64,000 nucleotides of DNA from Arenicellales bacterium (GTDB taxonomy: Bacteria; Pseudomonadota; Gammaproteobacteria; Arenicellales; Poriferihabitantaceae): contig OZ241374.1 of the NCBI GenBank assembly GCA_965200715.1, positions 709,697 to 773,696 of the forward strand, given 5' to 3'. Below the pieces are notes generated by a model. That model was not told the origin of the DNA and did not search any database. It was given only the letters and a program-made list of their open reading frames with translations. Position 1 is the stretch's first letter. Each line of letters opens with the position of its first letter. Position numbers and translations under genes: made by a program. Of the stretch, positions 30,322 through 40,504 are shown one piece after another.

Positions 30322-31671
30322 TTATCTGTGGTTTTTTCGACTGGATAGTCGGTCACGTGTGCGATAGTAGAGTACCGATGGTTTGAGGAACCATGGGTTA
30401 CCCCAATAATAGAATCTTCCTTGTAAATTATGTTTGTCAAGGGCGCTATCTTGGCTAGTTTTCCCTGCAACTCTTAGTCCCGTTTCTGCTCCAAGATAAC
30501 TAGACAATGAGATACCAGAACCGCAATAACCTAAACAATAATGGACACCATCATGTTCACCCATATGGGGTAATTGATCAAAGGTATAGGCCACAAAACC
30601 CATCCATGAGTGTGTGATTCGAAAATCAGAGAGAGCTGGAAATCGTTCAAGCATCAATTTTCTTAGCATTGGTGCACTGATTGTTGGTTCAGTTTCACCA
30701 ATCGAGACACGTCCTCCAAATAAGATTCTTTTTCGCTCAGGACAGGCACGATAATACACGACCAATTTCAGGGTATCCGTGATAACTCGATTGGTAGGTA
30801 ACAATTCATCAATCATCCCTTCGGGTAGTGGTTCAGTAGCGATAATATACGATCCGATTGGTATAACTCGTCTATGTATCCATGGCATAGAGTTGTCGGT
30901 ATATCCATTAGTTGCAACAATTACATCCCGTGCCTGGATCGTACCCTTGGATGTCGAGACACGAAAGATTCCATTTTGTTTTTGGATATGGGTTCCCTTG
31001 CAGTTCGTGATTATCTGACAGCCTTGTTGCATCGAAATATCTAGCAACGCACGATGATAACGGGCCGGATCAATTGAGGAACAATCAGGATTGATAGTGC
31101 CTCCGTAATAATATTGCGAGCCTATTTCTGTTGTTTGTTGTTCGATATTGACCGTATAGACTCCCTTCTTTAGGGATTCTGGTGTTTGATTAAGAGTTTT
31201 ACACATGTATCGAAATTCGTTGGGCGTGTGTGCGCCATGAAAACGTCCCGAATTCAGATAATCGCAATCAATATTGTTTTTCTGGATGAATTTCTCAATC
31301 CATCGAAATGCTTCCTTGCCAGTTTTGATCAGGGCTATTGCCTGATTCTCTCCGTATTGTTGGGATAGTTCTGCGTAGGAACCCTTGATGCTGGAACTGA
31401 TTTGCCCGCCATTTCTGGTACTGCACCCCCAACCCGCATCATTTGCATCGATGACCACAGTTTGTAAGTTGTATTGAGTGGTTTGGATTGCTGCCGACAA
31501 GCCTGTGTACCCAGATCCCAGAATCACCACATCGGAAGACTTAGGAAGTGGGTAATCTTGAATTTTTGGACGAGGTGTTCGCTCCCACCAATAGGGTTTG
31601 CTAACATAGTCTTTTGAAAATATATGATCTTTCACGTTGAACGAATACAGAAATTTGCTTGATTTAACCAT
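30322..31671 (-). CDS. FAD-dependent amine oxidoreductase (DAO family, PuuB/OrdL-like)
   Basis: VVILGSGYTGLSAA, GCSTRNGG, VIVATNGY, LFGGR, GYCGSGIS. Confidence 0.9.
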   Translation of the reverse strand: MVKSSKFLYSFNVKDHIFSKDYVSKPYWWERTPRPKIQDYPLPKSSDVVILGSGYTGLSAAIQTTQYNLQTVVIDANDAGWGCSTRNGGQISSSIKGSYAELSQQYGENQAIALIKTGKEAFRWIEKFIQKNNIDCDYLNSGRFHGAHTPNEFRYMCKTLNQTPESLKKGVYTVNIEQQTTEIGSQYYYGGTINPDCSSIDPARYHRALLDISMQQGCQIITNCKGTHIQKQNGIFRVSTSKGTIQARDVIVATNGYTDNSMPWIHRRVIPIGSYIIATEPLPEGMIDELLPTNRVITDTLKLVVYYRACPERKRILFGGRVSIGETEPTISAPMLRKLMLERFPALSDFRITHSWMGFVAYTFDQLPHMGEHDGVHYCLGYCGSGISLSSYLGAETGLRVAGKTSQDSALDKHNLQGRFYYWGNPWFLKPSVLYYRTRDRLSSRKNHR

Positions 31672-31853
31672 TCAGGGTTGATTTCAACTCCCCATGAAGG
31701 GTATTTTGGACGGTTATATGATCATCAGTAACCTGATATGGAGTTTCGATAAACAGATTTTGTCAGGGTTGATAGTCAGCACCTTCGATAAAAAAACTCC
31801 AGATATATTAAAGAGAGAATATCAACTTTAGACAGCATGATTATTATTCTGGT

Positions 31854-33512
31854 TCAAGAATTAAGAATCATGGAAGCGGCTTTCTCACCAATCATGATGC
31901 ATGGGGCATTGGTATTTCCTGAGGTGATAGTTGGCATAATCGAGGCATCGGCTACCCTTAGTCCATCTATTCCGTGAACTTTTAGTTCATGATCAACCAC
32001 TGCTAACGGATCGTTCCCCATTTTGCAGGTGCCAACAGGGTGATAGATTGTCTGACTGAACTCACGAGCAGCATGGAGTATTTCTTCATCAGTCTGGTAT
32101 TGGGGGCCGGGAATAAATTCTTCATCGAGACTTGAAGCGAGCGATGGAGTTGATGCGATCCGCCTAGTGCATTTGATGGCATTGACAGCAACCCTACAAT
32201 CCCGAACATCGGATAAGTATTTGGGGTGAATCTCAGGGTATTCGAGTGGATCTTTTGACTTTATCCGGACTTCTCCTCGACTCCATGGTCGTAATTGACA
32301 AACTGAACTCGTAAATGCTGAGAAGGGATGGACACCCTCTCCGGGTTTGTCTGCAGAGAGCGGTTGCATGTGAAATTGAATATCGGGTCGATCTAGATCG
32401 GGAACTGAGCGGGTAAATATGTAAACCTGACTGGCGGCTAAGGTCATCGGTCCGGTTCGTGTTAATAGATATTGCAGCCCGACCCCAAGCATTTTTAGAG
32501 GATGATTTAGTTCATCATTCAAGGTCCGATCTACGGTCTTGTAGACCAATCGAATCTGCAAGTGGTCCTGTAGATTTTGACCAACACCTATCAGAGAATG
32601 TACTGGTTCAATACCCACTGAATTTAGCAGGGCTGGGTCACCAATTCCAGAGCACTGCAAAAGTTGTGGCGAATTTATACTTCCTGCACAAAGAACAATT
32701 TCTGATTTGGCTTGTGCTGTGTGAATTTCTCCTCGATGTTGATATTGAATTCCAGACGCTCGTTTTCCAGTAAATTGTAATCGTAAAACATGGGCTCGGG
32801 TTCGTAGTTTTAGATTGGCGCGTTTCATGGCGGGTCGAAGAAATCCCTTAGCTGTACTCCAGCGGAATCCCTTGTAAGCTGTTTGTTGAAAGTATCCAAC
32901 CCCCTCCTGAATTTCTCCGTTGCAATCAGGGTTGTAGGGAATCCCACATTCAACTGCTGCGGCAATGAATTTCTCAGCGATTGGACGTCTCAAGCGGAGA
33001 TCAGAAACTTTTTGTGGTCCGCCGGTCCCATGAAATCGACTCTCACCATGTTGTTGATCTTCTGAGACTTTGAAATATGGTAAGACATCTTCATAGGACC
33101 AACCATGATTGCCTAGTTTCATCCAATGATCGTAATCTTGTGGTTGTCCCCGAACATAGAGTAAGCCGTTCAGAGAGCTGGAACCCCCAAGTACCTTGCC
33201 CCTTGGCCATTGAAGACTTCTGCCGGATATGCCTGGGTCAGGCTCGGTTCGATAGCACCAGTCAGTAGACGGATTATGCATGGTCTTGAAGTATCCCACT
33301 GGAATGTGTATCCAGGGGTTTTGATCTTTACCGCCAGCTTCAAGTAATAACACTCGATGGGAGGGATTTTCTGAAAGCCTGTTTGCAACCACGCAACCAG
33401 ACGAACCGGCACCAACAACAATATAATCGTAATTTTCGACTGGTTTTTCTTTGTTTGACACGGGTATTGAACGGAGATTTGAATGGGTGAAAATTGTATC
33501 AGCAATTGGCAA
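31854..33512 (-). CDS. GMC oxidoreductase (choline-dehydrogenase-like; substrate unknown)
   Basis: DYIVVGAGSSG, RGKVLGGSSSLNG, NLQDH, YHPVGTCKMG, LRVADASIMP, GNTNAP. Confidence 0.93.
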   Translation of the reverse strand: MPIADTIFTHSNLRSIPVSNKEKPVENYDYIVVGAGSSGCVVANRLSENPSHRVLLLEAGGKDQNPWIHIPVGYFKTMHNPSTDWCYRTEPDPGISGRSLQWPRGKVLGGSSSLNGLLYVRGQPQDYDHWMKLGNHGWSYEDVLPYFKVSEDQQHGESRFHGTGGPQKVSDLRLRRPIAEKFIAAAVECGIPYNPDCNGEIQEGVGYFQQTAYKGFRWSTAKGFLRPAMKRANLKLRTRAHVLRLQFTGKRASGIQYQHRGEIHTAQAKSEIVLCAGSINSPQLLQCSGIGDPALLNSVGIEPVHSLIGVGQNLQDHLQIRLVYKTVDRTLNDELNHPLKMLGVGLQYLLTRTGPMTLAASQVYIFTRSVPDLDRPDIQFHMQPLSADKPGEGVHPFSAFTSSVCQLRPWSRGEVRIKSKDPLEYPEIHPKYLSDVRDCRVAVNAIKCTRRIASTPSLASSLDEEFIPGPQYQTDEEILHAAREFSQTIYHPVGTCKMGNDPLAVVDHELKVHGIDGLRVADASIMPTITSGNTNAPCIMIGEKAASMILNS

Positions 33513-33989
33513 TTATGCTCGAAATTAGAGAAATTAGATGGACAATGTAACGTGTTTTTCTTATGGTTAATTTTATTCGTATTTTTGATATTGATTCGGT
33601 TTATGAATCAGATAAAGTCATTCTTAATTCATACTCGATGAGGTTTGAATTCTGATCATATTTTCTCGATAAAAGTTGCTTCGTAAGAAGTACTCTATGA
33701 AAGACTCAATATTAAATAACCGATTCAACAAGCACTTTGATGGAAGGCGCTACATTCGGTATTGAGAAATAAAATAATAAACAATACTCTACCAATGGGA
33801 AGTTGGAACATTGCCAGACGACCTACGTATGGGATCATCCTTGACGATCCACGGATCAAGGGAGGTATGTGATAGACTAACGACTTTGATTACACGTGAG
33901 AATAAAAAGTGAAAAGCTGATTACAACACTCCTCACTATTACTCTTGGACTGAGGACTCTCCCTTTAGTTCATGCAAGCTGTTTCAAGT

Positions 33990-34440
33990 CAGTTTCTCTC
34001 GGTGAATATCCGCTTGGTGAATAGTCTGATGCCGGTCGCACTTGGGTTGTATCCGATACTGTCGGTTCATTTTCTGATGTTATTACGACGCAATCCGCAC
34101 TGGAAGCACAGAAAACACACTACTAGAACAGTGTTCTACAAAAGGAAACGCAGTCATAGCCGCCGTTGAACAGCGTCTAAATAAACGAAAGGAAAATCTC
34201 GGCGCAGAATTTGATGAATGGTGCACTGATCCACTGTTTTGTCAAATGGTTCGCGACCTTACAATCCAGTCACGTGAAAACGAGATTGATCGAGAGATTG
34301 GCAGGATGAAGGCATGGTATGGGCTAAGTATTGAGAAGTGTGTGGAACACTTTAATTACGCGTTCAGCAAGCTGAGTCCTAAACGATCCGTTCCCATCTC
34401 CAAAATCCAATTTGTCATTCTCCTTCTGCCGTTCTTATAA
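33990..34440 (+). pseudogene. Decayed gene of unknown family
   Basis: Protein-like segments across frames (GRTWVVSDTVGSFSDVITTQSALEAQK / LLEQCSTKGNAVIAAVEQRL...ENEIDREIGRMKAWY...HFNYAF) with stops and frameshifts. Confidence 0.3.
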
Positions 34441-34459
34441 GGTACGGATCGCAAATACC

Positions 34460-34770
34460 GAGGTATTCGCGATCCTATAGAACTTCCCTTAATTTCTTCA
34501 CCCCGAGTAGTGCATGGTGTTTCTTCGGATGATAGCCAGCCAAGCCGCCAGTCAGCACCACAAATGTAGCCATCGTCGGTGCGCTGCGGGGGGTTTTTAA
34601 CCCGTAGGATTCTGCCAGCAGCAAAAGAACCATAACTTCTTCTCTTTCCAGATACCGGATCACCAACTCGCGGGACGATTTCGCCTCAGTCTGGTCAAGT
34701 CCCAAACCCGAAATGTGGTCATCGCATCGAAAGCAAGGCATTTCAGTTAATCACCCAACTGATTGAGCGC
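34460..34770 (-). mobile_element. IS4-family (IS50/Tn5-like) transposase C-terminal relic
   Basis: LKCLAFDAMTTFRVWDLTRL in one frame, then APTMATFVVLTGGLAGYHPKK...LGVKKLREVL, resembling the Tn5-like dimerisation domain (PTL.EA...A.LGG......PG.K.LWRG). Confidence 0.6.
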
Positions 34771-35073
34771 CCTGTTCCTCTTCCCTTGCGACGTCCTCTA
34801 TCTATGACTCCTCGCAAATATTGAAATAGTTCAGGTGTGCGGTGGACTTCATCAAGAACGACAAGTTTATCTTCGTATTGTTCCAGAAACAGTTTGGGGT
34901 TAGACAGTTTCACGATCATCACGGTCCTCCAAATCCAGATATAGAGCATCCCCTTGTTTACAAATCTCGTTAGCAAGCGTTGTCTTACCGACTTAGCGTA
35001 GCCCAATGAGAGCCACTGCGGCTTGTCGATCCAAAGCCTCTCTTACTCACCTTTTGACTCTTCTATTAATCAT
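34771..35073 (-). pseudogene. AAA_14 / COG1373 ATPase, N-terminal fragment
   Basis: MINRRVKR*VREALDRQAAVALIGLR*VGKTTLA..LYLDLED, then a frameshift to LVVLDEVHRTPELFQYLRGVID..R.GTGR. Walker A (normally GxRQVGKT) has its Gln codon as TAA. Truncated where the IS4 relic begins. Confidence 0.8.
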
Positions 35074-35312
35074 CTACGTATATTGAAATAACATTTATGA
35101 TTTTGCAATATAGAATATGTTGGTTGTACATTCGACCCCTAGATTGCAACAGGTTCCGAAGATATATGCTTCAATGCCCGTGATTGATAGCGGCGTTTAT
35201 CGACATAACCATACTTGCCCGCGGAAAGAATTCCTGATGAAAAATGTCTTGTATAATCATGAATTGATCGATACTTATCCATCTGTTTACCAATAACCTA
35301 GCCTGATTACAT

Positions 35313-36023
35313 ATGAATATTCTTGTCTTTCAACATATAAAATGTGAGCACCCGGGAATTTTTCGCAAATTTCTGAACAAGGATGGGATTGAATGGACTG
35401 CGGTTCATCTAAATCAGGGAGATGAAATCCCCAATCTTGAGCATTATCAAGCAATGTGGGTGATGGGTGGACCCATGGATGTCTGGGATGTTCAGGATTA
35501 CCCTTGGTTGGTGCCCGAAAAGGCGGCAATTCGAAAGTGGGTACGTGAGTTGAAAAGACCTTTTCTTGGCCTATGTCTTGGTCATCAACTTTTGGCTGAT
35601 GCGTTGGGGGGTACCTGTGGCCCTCAGCGTCCCCCCGAAATTGGTGTGTTGGAGATTGAATTAACTCGGAATGGGCGAGAAGACGCACTATTTAGAGAGA
35701 TGCCTTCCACGCAGCGATGTTTACAATGGCATTCGGTATGTGTAGCACAACCACCCGAAGAAGCTGTTGTGCTTGCGGTTTCAGATGTTTGTCCGAATCA
35801 GGCTATGCGGGTAGGCAGTTCTGCTTGGTCAATGCAGTACCATGTCGAGATTGAACCCGATACAGTTGACAATTGGAGCAAAGTGCCCGCATACGAAACT
35901 GCATTATTGCAAACACTGGGTCCAGATGGGTTATCCAAAATGCACGAATCGGTAAACACCCATTTACCGGACTTTATGTCTAATGCTGAGAAACTTTATC
36001 GTAATTTCATGAAGCTTTGTTAG
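35313..36023 (+). CDS. Class I glutamine amidotransferase-like protein
   Basis: WVMGGPM, catalytic GLCLGHQ, QYHVE; paralogue at 62786-63508. Confidence 0.92.
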   Translation: MNILVFQHIKCEHPGIFRKFLNKDGIEWTAVHLNQGDEIPNLEHYQAMWVMGGPMDVWDVQDYPWLVPEKAAIRKWVRELKRPFLGLCLGHQLLADALGGTCGPQRPPEIGVLEIELTRNGREDALFREMPSTQRCLQWHSVCVAQPPEEAVVLAVSDVCPNQAMRVGSSAWSMQYHVEIEPDTVDNWSKVPAYETALLQTLGPDGLSKMHESVNTHLPDFMSNAEKLYRNFMKLC

Positions 36024-36055
36024 TAACAGTTCGCTTGTAATTTGTTCAGCAATCT

Positions 36056-37192
36056 TTACTCGGAAAATTCAGCTTTGATTTTTTCGGTATGCTCACCTAA
36101 GGTCGGTACCCTTGGTATAGTTTCTCTTTCCTCTTCAACATCCAATTTGCAAACCGGTTTCTCTGGCAGGTGGATGGTCTGGTTCAGCGATGAAATGCCA
36201 ATTCTTCGTTTGAGTGCAGGATGGCATGACAATTCATCAACGGTATTCACAAACCCATGCGCAATATCCGCATTTTTGAGTAATCTTGATAAATCATCTC
36301 GAGAACTAACAACGGTCACTTGGTTGATCAATTTGTCAAGTTGATCACGGTTCTCAACACGATTGTCATTGGTTGAAAAATTATTATGATCTGTTAGCTT
36401 AGGTTGACCCAGTACCTTTTTACAAAATCGGCCCCATTCCCTTTCGTTCTGAATTGCGATGATTACCAGTTTTTTATCGCTTGTGAAATATGCACCATAG
36501 GGTGCAATCGAAGGATGACTGATACCGGTTCGTTTCGGCGGCCCCGCACCATAGTCATTATGCAATAGTGGCACAGTCATTAATTCAGCAATCGTTGAGA
36601 ATAGGGAAATTTCAATACCTGATCCAAGTCCATTATTTGCACGGGATAGTAGTGCCTCAAGAATCCCAGCATAGGCGTTCATGCCAGCATTGATATCGCA
36701 GATTGATACACCGACTCTTCCCATTTCAGTTTCTCCACCATTAATACTGATCAAACCTCCTTCCGCTTGAATGAGTAGATCATAGGCTTTGATCTTTCCA
36801 TAGTCGGTATCTGTGCCGTATCCAGTAATATCACAGGTGATCAATTTCGGGAATTTTTTGCGTAAGTCGTAACTTCCAAAACCTGCCCTTTGTAGAGCTC
36901 CTGGTCCCAGATTTTGCACAAAGATGTCTGCTCGAGATAAAATTCTGTTCAAGAGTTCTGCACCTTCAGGGTTCTTGAAGTCCACTATCACGGATTCTTT
37001 GCCTAAATTTGTCCATAGGAAATAAGAACTATCTCCACCGGCTACGCAATCATATTGACGGGCAAAATCTCCACCTTCCCTCTCAATTTTGATAACTCGT
37101 GCACCGGCTTCTGCAAGTCGTCTTGTGCAGACTGGGGCGGCTACAGCCTGTTCAATTGTCACCACTAAAATTCCTTTGAGTGCATCTTTCAT
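36056..37192 (-). CDS. CaiB/BaiF family III CoA-transferase
   Basis: EQAVAAP, GARVIKIE, DIFVQNL.PG, AYDLLIQAEGG, HPSIAPYG, PTLGEHT. Confidence 0.93.
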   Translation of the reverse strand: MKDALKGILVVTIEQAVAAPVCTRRLAEAGARVIKIEREGGDFARQYDCVAGGDSSYFLWTNLGKESVIVDFKNPEGAELLNRILSRADIFVQNLGPGALQRAGFGSYDLRKKFPKLITCDITGYGTDTDYGKIKAYDLLIQAEGGLISINGGETEMGRVGVSICDINAGMNAYAGILEALLSRANNGLGSGIEISLFSTIAELMTVPLLHNDYGAGPPKRTGISHPSIAPYGAYFTSDKKLVIIAIQNEREWGRFCKKVLGQPKLTDHNNFSTNDNRVENRDQLDKLINQVTVVSSRDDLSRLLKNADIAHGFVNTVDELSCHPALKRRIGISSLNQTIHLPEKPVCKLDVEEERETIPRVPTLGEHTEKIKAEFSE

Positions 37193-37216
37193 GAATTATG
37201 CTTTTTGCTTGTTTGA

Positions 37217-38002
37217 TCAATGAACCGGAACAACATAGTTCAGTCCCATACGGCCCCCATCAACATAGATCGTCTCGCCGGTGATATAACTTGAATAGTT
37301 GCTTGCAAGAAATACCGCAACCTTTGCAACTTCATCCGGTTCACCAGGCCGTAGCATTGGCGTTCTTGATAATACGGTCCGATATTTATCTGGATTATCT
37401 GCGATGGTATGAAAGAGTTCAGTCGCAATTGATCCGGGTCCAATTCCATTGACACGGATTCCCTTGTTGGCCATAGCTATCCCCAAGCACTTAGTCCACT
37501 GGTTAACGCCTCCCTTAGCAATGACATAAGGTGCGATTTCGGGGATCGCAAGTACACCGTTTAAGGATGACATGTTTATGATGATGCCTCGAGCACCGTC
37601 TTCATCAGGTTCCTGCTCAATCATGTGTTGTGCAGCGATTTGCCCAGTTAAGAATACCCCCTTCAGATTGACAGACATAACTCGGTCGTAAGCATCTTCT
37701 TTCAAGTCTAGGATGTCAGAAACATGGACAATACCCGCGTTTGCAATTACCACATCAACTCTTCCGAATTTTTCGTTGGCTTCGGCAAATAAAGATTTTA
37801 CTTCCTGGCTTTTGCTAACGTCACAGTGTACAAAATGGGTTTTTTCGCCGGAGTCATCTAGATTTTGAGTAGCAAGCCAGCCACGTTCTTTGTCTATATC
37901 TGAGAGGATGACTTTTGCTCCTTCCTCAAAGAATCGTTTTGCACATGCATAGCCAATACCACCTGCTGCTCCGGTGATAATCGCGACTTTATTTTCGATC
38001 AT
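37217..38002 (-). CDS. Short-chain dehydrogenase/reductase (glucose-1-dehydrogenase-like)
   Basis: Start set at ATG 38002 (MIENKVAIITGAAGGIG); NAG, YVIAKGG, GPGSIAT, GETIYVDGG. Confidence 0.92.
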   Translation of the reverse strand: MIENKVAIITGAAGGIGYACAKRFFEEGAKVILSDIDKERGWLATQNLDDSGEKTHFVHCDVSKSQEVKSLFAEANEKFGRVDVVIANAGIVHVSDILDLKEDAYDRVMSVNLKGVFLTGQIAAQHMIEQEPDEDGARGIIINMSSLNGVLAIPEIAPYVIAKGGVNQWTKCLGIAMANKGIRVNGIGPGSIATELFHTIADNPDKYRTVLSRTPMLRPGEPDEVAKVAVFLASNYSSYITGETIYVDGGRMGLNYVVPVH

Positions 38003-38489
38003 ATTATTCCTCCACAATCGGATTTTCAAAATTTTCTGGTCCTTCAGGATCCATGTGACATTACATTTTATCAGGGAGGCTTGAATCGAGAAAGTAAATC
38101 TGTGGTAAGCCACAAGCGAGGATACGAGGATATGTGATTTAAATATTCCGTTTGCTTGATTCGGTTCGAGCAAATATTATGTCTCTCGTTGCTTTAGACA
38201 CGAAGTATTAATCTGGAAATTATGGGGTGTTTGGTACCGATATTTTTCAGTGAAATGAAATTCGATTTTTCGAATATGTATAGCAACATAAATCATTATG
38301 TACCAAAGAACATCTTCAGTTAAAACTCTCCATATCACATACATAAGGAGTGGGAAACAATAACTCGTTTAATCTTGTATACTTTCAATAAACCAACACT
38401 AGGAATATCTGTTGTACGGATTGGAAATAGGTTGAAATAATCCGATAATCCTCCATAATTTACTTTTTCCCCCTTCCTAAAGGATAGTC

Positions 38490-39758
38490 TTGAATTTGTC
38501 AGTACAACCAGAAATATCCGGAAAAGCTACATCATTTCGCGAATTCGATATAAAAAAAATCCGCAACGATTTTCCGGTACTTCATAGAGAGGTCAATGGA
38601 AATCCCTTGGTTTATCTCGATAATGGTGCGTCCTCCCAGAAACCCAAGCAGGTGATTGAGCGGATGGCCCGATATTATGAATATGAGCATGCCAACATTC
38701 ACCGAGGCGTCCATCATTTAAGCCAAAGAGCAACCGACGCATATGAGCAGGTCAGGGAGGCGACCTGTAATTATCTGAACGCTGAAAGCAGTCGCGAAAT
38801 CCTGTTCACCCGAGGTACAACGGAAAGTATCAATCTGGTCGCCTGCTCTTGGGGACGGCATTTCCTGTCAGAAGGAGATGAAATAATTGTGTCGACCATG
38901 GAGCATCATTCCAATATCGTTCCTTGGCAAATGGTATGTGAGGAGCGGGAAGCCAAACTCAAGGTGATACCAATCTCGATAGAGGGTGAATTGGATATGG
39001 AAGCTTTTCAGAATTTGCTGAGCGAGCGTACTCGATTGGTCTCGTTGGTGCATGTTTCAAATGCACTGGGCACGATAAATCCCGTACAGGAAATTATCAG
39101 ACTTGCACACCAATACGATGCACTGGTTTTGCTAGATGGTGCTCAGGCCCTGCCACATATGAAAGTTGACGTGCGTGCTATGGATGTCGATTTCTATGCA
39201 TTTTCGGCACACAAGATGCTAGGCCCAACGGGTCTTGGGGTTTTATATGGAAAGGAGAGTTTGCTTGATTCAATGCCACCTTATCAAGGTGGAGGAGAAA
39301 TGATTCAGCGGGTTACTTTCGAAAAAACTATCTATAACGAACTGCCATTTAAGTTTGAAGCAGGTACTCCCAATATCGCTGACACTATTGCTTTCGGTTC
39401 TGCGCTGGAGTACTACGATGCGTTTGATCAAAGCGAACTAACCGCTCATGAGCAAGGCTTGCTTGCCTATGCAAGCAAACAATTGAGCCAGATTGATAGT
39501 ATTGAATTTGTGGGAACGGCTAACGACAAGGCAGGAGTCATTTCATTTAACTTAAAAAACGTACATCCATTCGATGTCGGTACGATCTTAGACCAGATGG
39601 GAATTGCGGTTAGAACCGGACACCACTGTACTCAGCCGTTAATGGATTTCTATGGAATCACCGGTACGGTTAGAGCATCTTTTGCTTTTTATAACAATCA
39701 AGATGATATCGATGCACTTATCGGTGGCGTTGAAAAAGCATCCGCAATTCTCTTGTAA
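38490..39758 (+). CDS. sufS: Cysteine desulfurase, SufS group II
   Basis: YLDNGASSQKP, NIHRGVH, EHHSNIVPW, SAHKMLGPTG, RTGHHC. Confidence 0.95.
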   Translation: MNLSVQPEISGKATSFREFDIKKIRNDFPVLHREVNGNPLVYLDNGASSQKPKQVIERMARYYEYEHANIHRGVHHLSQRATDAYEQVREATCNYLNAESSREILFTRGTTESINLVACSWGRHFLSEGDEIIVSTMEHHSNIVPWQMVCEEREAKLKVIPISIEGELDMEAFQNLLSERTRLVSLVHVSNALGTINPVQEIIRLAHQYDALVLLDGAQALPHMKVDVRAMDVDFYAFSAHKMLGPTGLGVLYGKESLLDSMPPYQGGGEMIQRVTFEKTIYNELPFKFEAGTPNIADTIAFGSALEYYDAFDQSELTAHEQGLLAYASKQLSQIDSIEFVGTANDKAGVISFNLKNVHPFDVGTILDQMGIAVRTGHHCTQPLMDFYGITGTVRASFAFYNNQDDIDALIGGVEKASAILL

Positions 39759-39796
39759 GGAACTACTTTCATTTCGATAACCAACCCTGTCATTCC

Positions 39797-40222
39797 ATGT
39801 CACCCAGCATAGACCAAATACAAGATCAAATCATCGAGGAATTTCAGTTATTTGATCAGTGGATAGAGAAGTATGAGTACATCATTGAATTGGGTAAGAA
39901 TTTACCCGCTCTTGATGATCGGTATATGCGAGATGAAAACCTTGTGCCCGGTTGTCAAAGTCGTGTATGGTTATATGCGGAACTTAAGGGTAACAAGGCC
40001 GTCTATGCAGCCGATAGCGATGCGATTATCACCAAGGGAATTATTGCTCTGTTAATTCGTGTTCTTTCCGAACAACCTCCAGAGAGCGTGCAAGCGGCTG
40101 AATTGTATTTCATTGACCGGATTGGTCTTAAAGACCATCTTTCCTCAACACGTTCGAACGGTCTGGTCAGCATGATCAATAAAATGCGTGCAGTCGCCCG
40201 GAATTTGGTTGAAGTCGCCTGA
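39797..40222 (+). CDS. sufE: Sulfur acceptor SufE
   Basis: KYEYIIELGK, VPGCQSRVW, DSDAIITKG, HLSSTRSNGL. Confidence 0.95.
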   Translation: MSPSIDQIQDQIIEEFQLFDQWIEKYEYIIELGKNLPALDDRYMRDENLVPGCQSRVWLYAELKGNKAVYAADSDAIITKGIIALLIRVLSEQPPESVQAAELYFIDRIGLKDHLSSTRSNGLVSMINKMRAVARNLVEVA

Positions 40223-40275
40223 GAATCACTCGATGTGCAATCATGAATATCGCAAGAGCTGATTATTTAATCGAC

Positions 40276-40302
40276 TGGCAAACTACACTGACGAGTTTGC
40301 CA
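40276..40302 (+). terminator. Hairpin downstream of sufE, possible terminator
   Basis: TGGCAAACT-N9-AGTTTGCCA, perfect 9-bp stem; no clear U-tract. Confidence 0.35.
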
Positions 40303-40399
40303 AATCAGCAAAATTTGTAGAACTTCCATCAACAAATAAAGCGTTAGATAGAAATACCTTTGTGGACATTCGGTTATTAATCATTTAAACTCATATTAA

Positions 40400-40462
40400 G
40401 GATAAACTCATGGTGCTAGGCATTTGGCAGCACCGCAAACTCGGACTAGATCCAGTTTATCC
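40400..40462 (+). promoter_or_regulatory. Structured leader upstream of proX
   Basis: Outer stem GGATAAACT/AGTTTATCC encloses GGTGCT/AGCACC and GGA/TCC hairpins. Confidence 0.3.
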
Positions 40463-40504
40463 AAATTTTCTCAATATTCGAAATAATCAGGGGAGAGGTT
40501 ATCC

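Noticed and set aside
40387-40462. Known purine or c-di-GMP-I riboswitch
   Set aside because: It lacks the purine J2/3 (UUUCUAC) and a pairing P3, and lacks the GNRA tetraloop/receptor of c-di-GMP-I. Kept only as an unassigned structure.
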